Source: Azolla caroliniana (lineage: Eukaryota; Plantae; Polypodiophyta). From it: DNA of 64,000 nt. Under the pieces are notes generated by a model. The model did no database searches. It was not told where the DNA came from and was given only the letters and a program-made list of their open reading frames with translations. The stretch is from assembly GCA_043228905.1 (NCBI GenBank), contig JBHGNT010000001.1:2542001-2606000 (forward strand), written 5' to 3'. Shown piece after piece: positions 61,680-64,000 of this stretch. The stretch's first letter is position 1. Each line of letters begins with the position of its first letter. Both the position numbers and the translations under genes were made by a program.

Positions 61680-64000
61680 CAGTATTACGATTCATGGACC
61701 ATCTTCTTCTTCTTCTTCTTTCACAGGTGAATTTCTTCCTTTCTTTGTTCATTCTCGCCATTTTTTGTACATTCTAACCAAAAGCACAGCAAGATTAATT
61801 AAATTGAATATTTACGATCAAGAAGATTAAGAGCAAGGTTAAGGTTGAGATGGTCAAGATTGAGAAAAATGGACGCTAAGATTAAAGGACGTTTAGGAAG
61901 ATTGGTATGCACTTTAGTAGTGTCCACTTTTGGGTGAACTGACATTGCAGTAAAAAATGTATATAGATAGCCATGGAATGAGCGGGAGAGTACTCTATAT
62001 GGACTACACATTACAGGGAAACGTGCATACTAGACCAAAATCTTGAATAAACGCCAACTGAATATTGTTGTGGCAAAAAACTGACTAGGAGAAATTGCAG
62101 GTAACCAACAGCACCTTGGCATGTAGTTATACAATGCTTCTTTGCATTCTCTGAAACACATCTGATCTCTAGTTTGTATGAACAATTTGGAGCAAGCAAA
62201 ATGTTATAATATATACTAGTCACAGATTTTAGCTCGTGATTCACCAAGTTCTAGAAGACATTCGTAATTAGCATTTTTTCTCACTGTAGTCAATTAGTGG
62301 ATCTTGATCAACCTCATCTTTTTAAATTTTAGTTACATAGTAATTATGCTGCAGGATTGAAATGGTGCCACCTGGGCAGCTGCAGTGTACTATTACTACT
62401 TCAAAAGCTCTGGACTTGATCATCCCCATTTATAACAAGCAACCATTTAATCATGTACTTCATAGATCATTATGTTGCAATAATAATATAAATACACACT
62501 GTCAATAAGTCTGGTTGAGTTACTCATGGTGCCTAGACGAATGCTTGAATTTGCTGCGATGGAAGGGCGTATTATTCTGCCATTTTATTGTATTAAAAAA
62601 CAACATACATGACTAACAATGCTTAATGTAGATTAAACTTATATTGTGTATATAATCATTCTATAGGAGAAGACTATAAAGGCTAATTGATATTATTTTG
62701 GAAAATTTCTCGTGGGCCAGATTGGTATACACGCGCGCACACACGCACATATAATCGTGTGCATGTGTGTGTGTTAGAATCCTTTCCTTCATATCTGTTC
62801 ATTATAATGATTATACATCATAGAGTTGTGAAATGCCTATCTTTTCAGCAGCTTGATTAATTTGATGAATTAGATCCATTAGATGATGGCTATTTGTATA
62901 TGTATTGATTGATTGATTTTAAGAGTTTCATCCTTGGTAGTAAGAGTATTTACACAAAATAAGAGTGTCATGGATTGAAATTTGAAATCAAACATCTTAA
63001 ATATGTTTAAATTTTCATATTTTATATCCTTCATCCAAAATTGTAATTAATTATCATACTTGGCTCCATTAGCCCTATGCTCTGATGCATTAGATTGGGT
63101 CATGATTCATGAATTTGATGTACATTAATGATCGGGTAGGATTGTGTTAGAACAATGTATTTGATCTCCTATGAGCATGAGCCCATGGGATAGAAGAGGT
63201 TAGTTGACAAAAATGATCCTTCTTTGATGCACTTACCATCCCAAATCATGTTTGAATTGAATGTTTATCTTTGGTTTCAAACAAGGACGATTATTCATAC
63301 CTTGGAATTCCAACATTGGCAACTTAGGGCACAACTCCTAGCTTGTCTTAGGTGTTGTGTAAAAGTTGGCTCCTATTTGCTTCTCCAATTGTTTCATCTG
63401 AATTCTTTTTATGAGAAGGGATTGCATTATGCATATATAGTAACTAGTTTACTAGTGATCTTTTGGTGGCGCTCCTTGATCTTTATCTTCTTTAAATCCA
63501 TGAGAATTGTACTTAGACTTGGTAGCACTATGTGACATTAGACTTCCCACTTAGTTGTATCTCACAATTTGCAGAGCCACTCACAAATTGTATCACTCAC
63601 TTAGTATAGTCTAGCAAATCCCTCAACATATAACTACTGCATAGAAGCAACTCCTCGACTAACAAGCTTTTCTTTATTAGTATGTTTGTTTTGAAGTGAG
63701 TGATGTCATGAGAGTCCATCGTGTTAAGCGAGTAATACAATATGCGAGTGACAATGTGCAATGTGACATATTCTAATTAAATATGTGAGCCTTGGTCTTA
63801 TTGAATGCAACATAGACGTCAATTGAGTTGATGGCTCGATGATCAACATCGGGCTTTGCATTCTCTAGCAATGTCGTCTCATGAAGGAACAACAATTGTG
63901 ACTTTGCCAAACATAGCGGTGGAGCATAATGTAGCAGTGGGTTGTTCCTTCTAAAGCTATATTATGGCTCAAGTGAATCTTTATCAAAGACAATTATGAC

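Overview
AT-rich, intron-rich nuclear DNA from a land plant with a compact gene layout. The kinesin-2 (IFT motor) gene points to a lineage with flagellated sperm, plausibly a fern or other seed-free plant (inference). Eight protein-coding genes can be reconstructed exon by exon: the 3' end of a kinesin-2 (KIF3B/FLA8-like), an ATAD2/BRAT1-like AAA+ bromodomain protein, RNA exonuclease 4 (needs one GC-AG intron), an ankyrin-repeat Raf-like kinase (VIK/ILK type), TCTP, a plastid-targeted DUF3326 protein, a probably mitochondrial FMN-binding split-barrel-like protein, and an unusually large, divergent PLATZ factor with an intron-free domain. Mobile DNA includes a clean Mutator-like MITE with a 9-bp TSD in the kinase promoter, a Copia RNase H relic, and a 4.5-kb decayed L1-type LINE at the TCTP promoter. 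That LINE appears to be a chimera of two LINE families inside one 15-bp TSD pair. Other notable points: an Asn-to-His change at the bromodomain acetyl-lysine site, several tandem duplications that copy splice sites (one adds a stop-free 42-codon paralogous extension to a DUF3326 exon), a possible decayed gene at about 20-22 kb, and a 100-N gap whose flanks overlap (assembly artefact). I found no convincing multi-gene novel system; the best leads are the chimeric LINE, the giant PLATZ and the duplicated splice sites.
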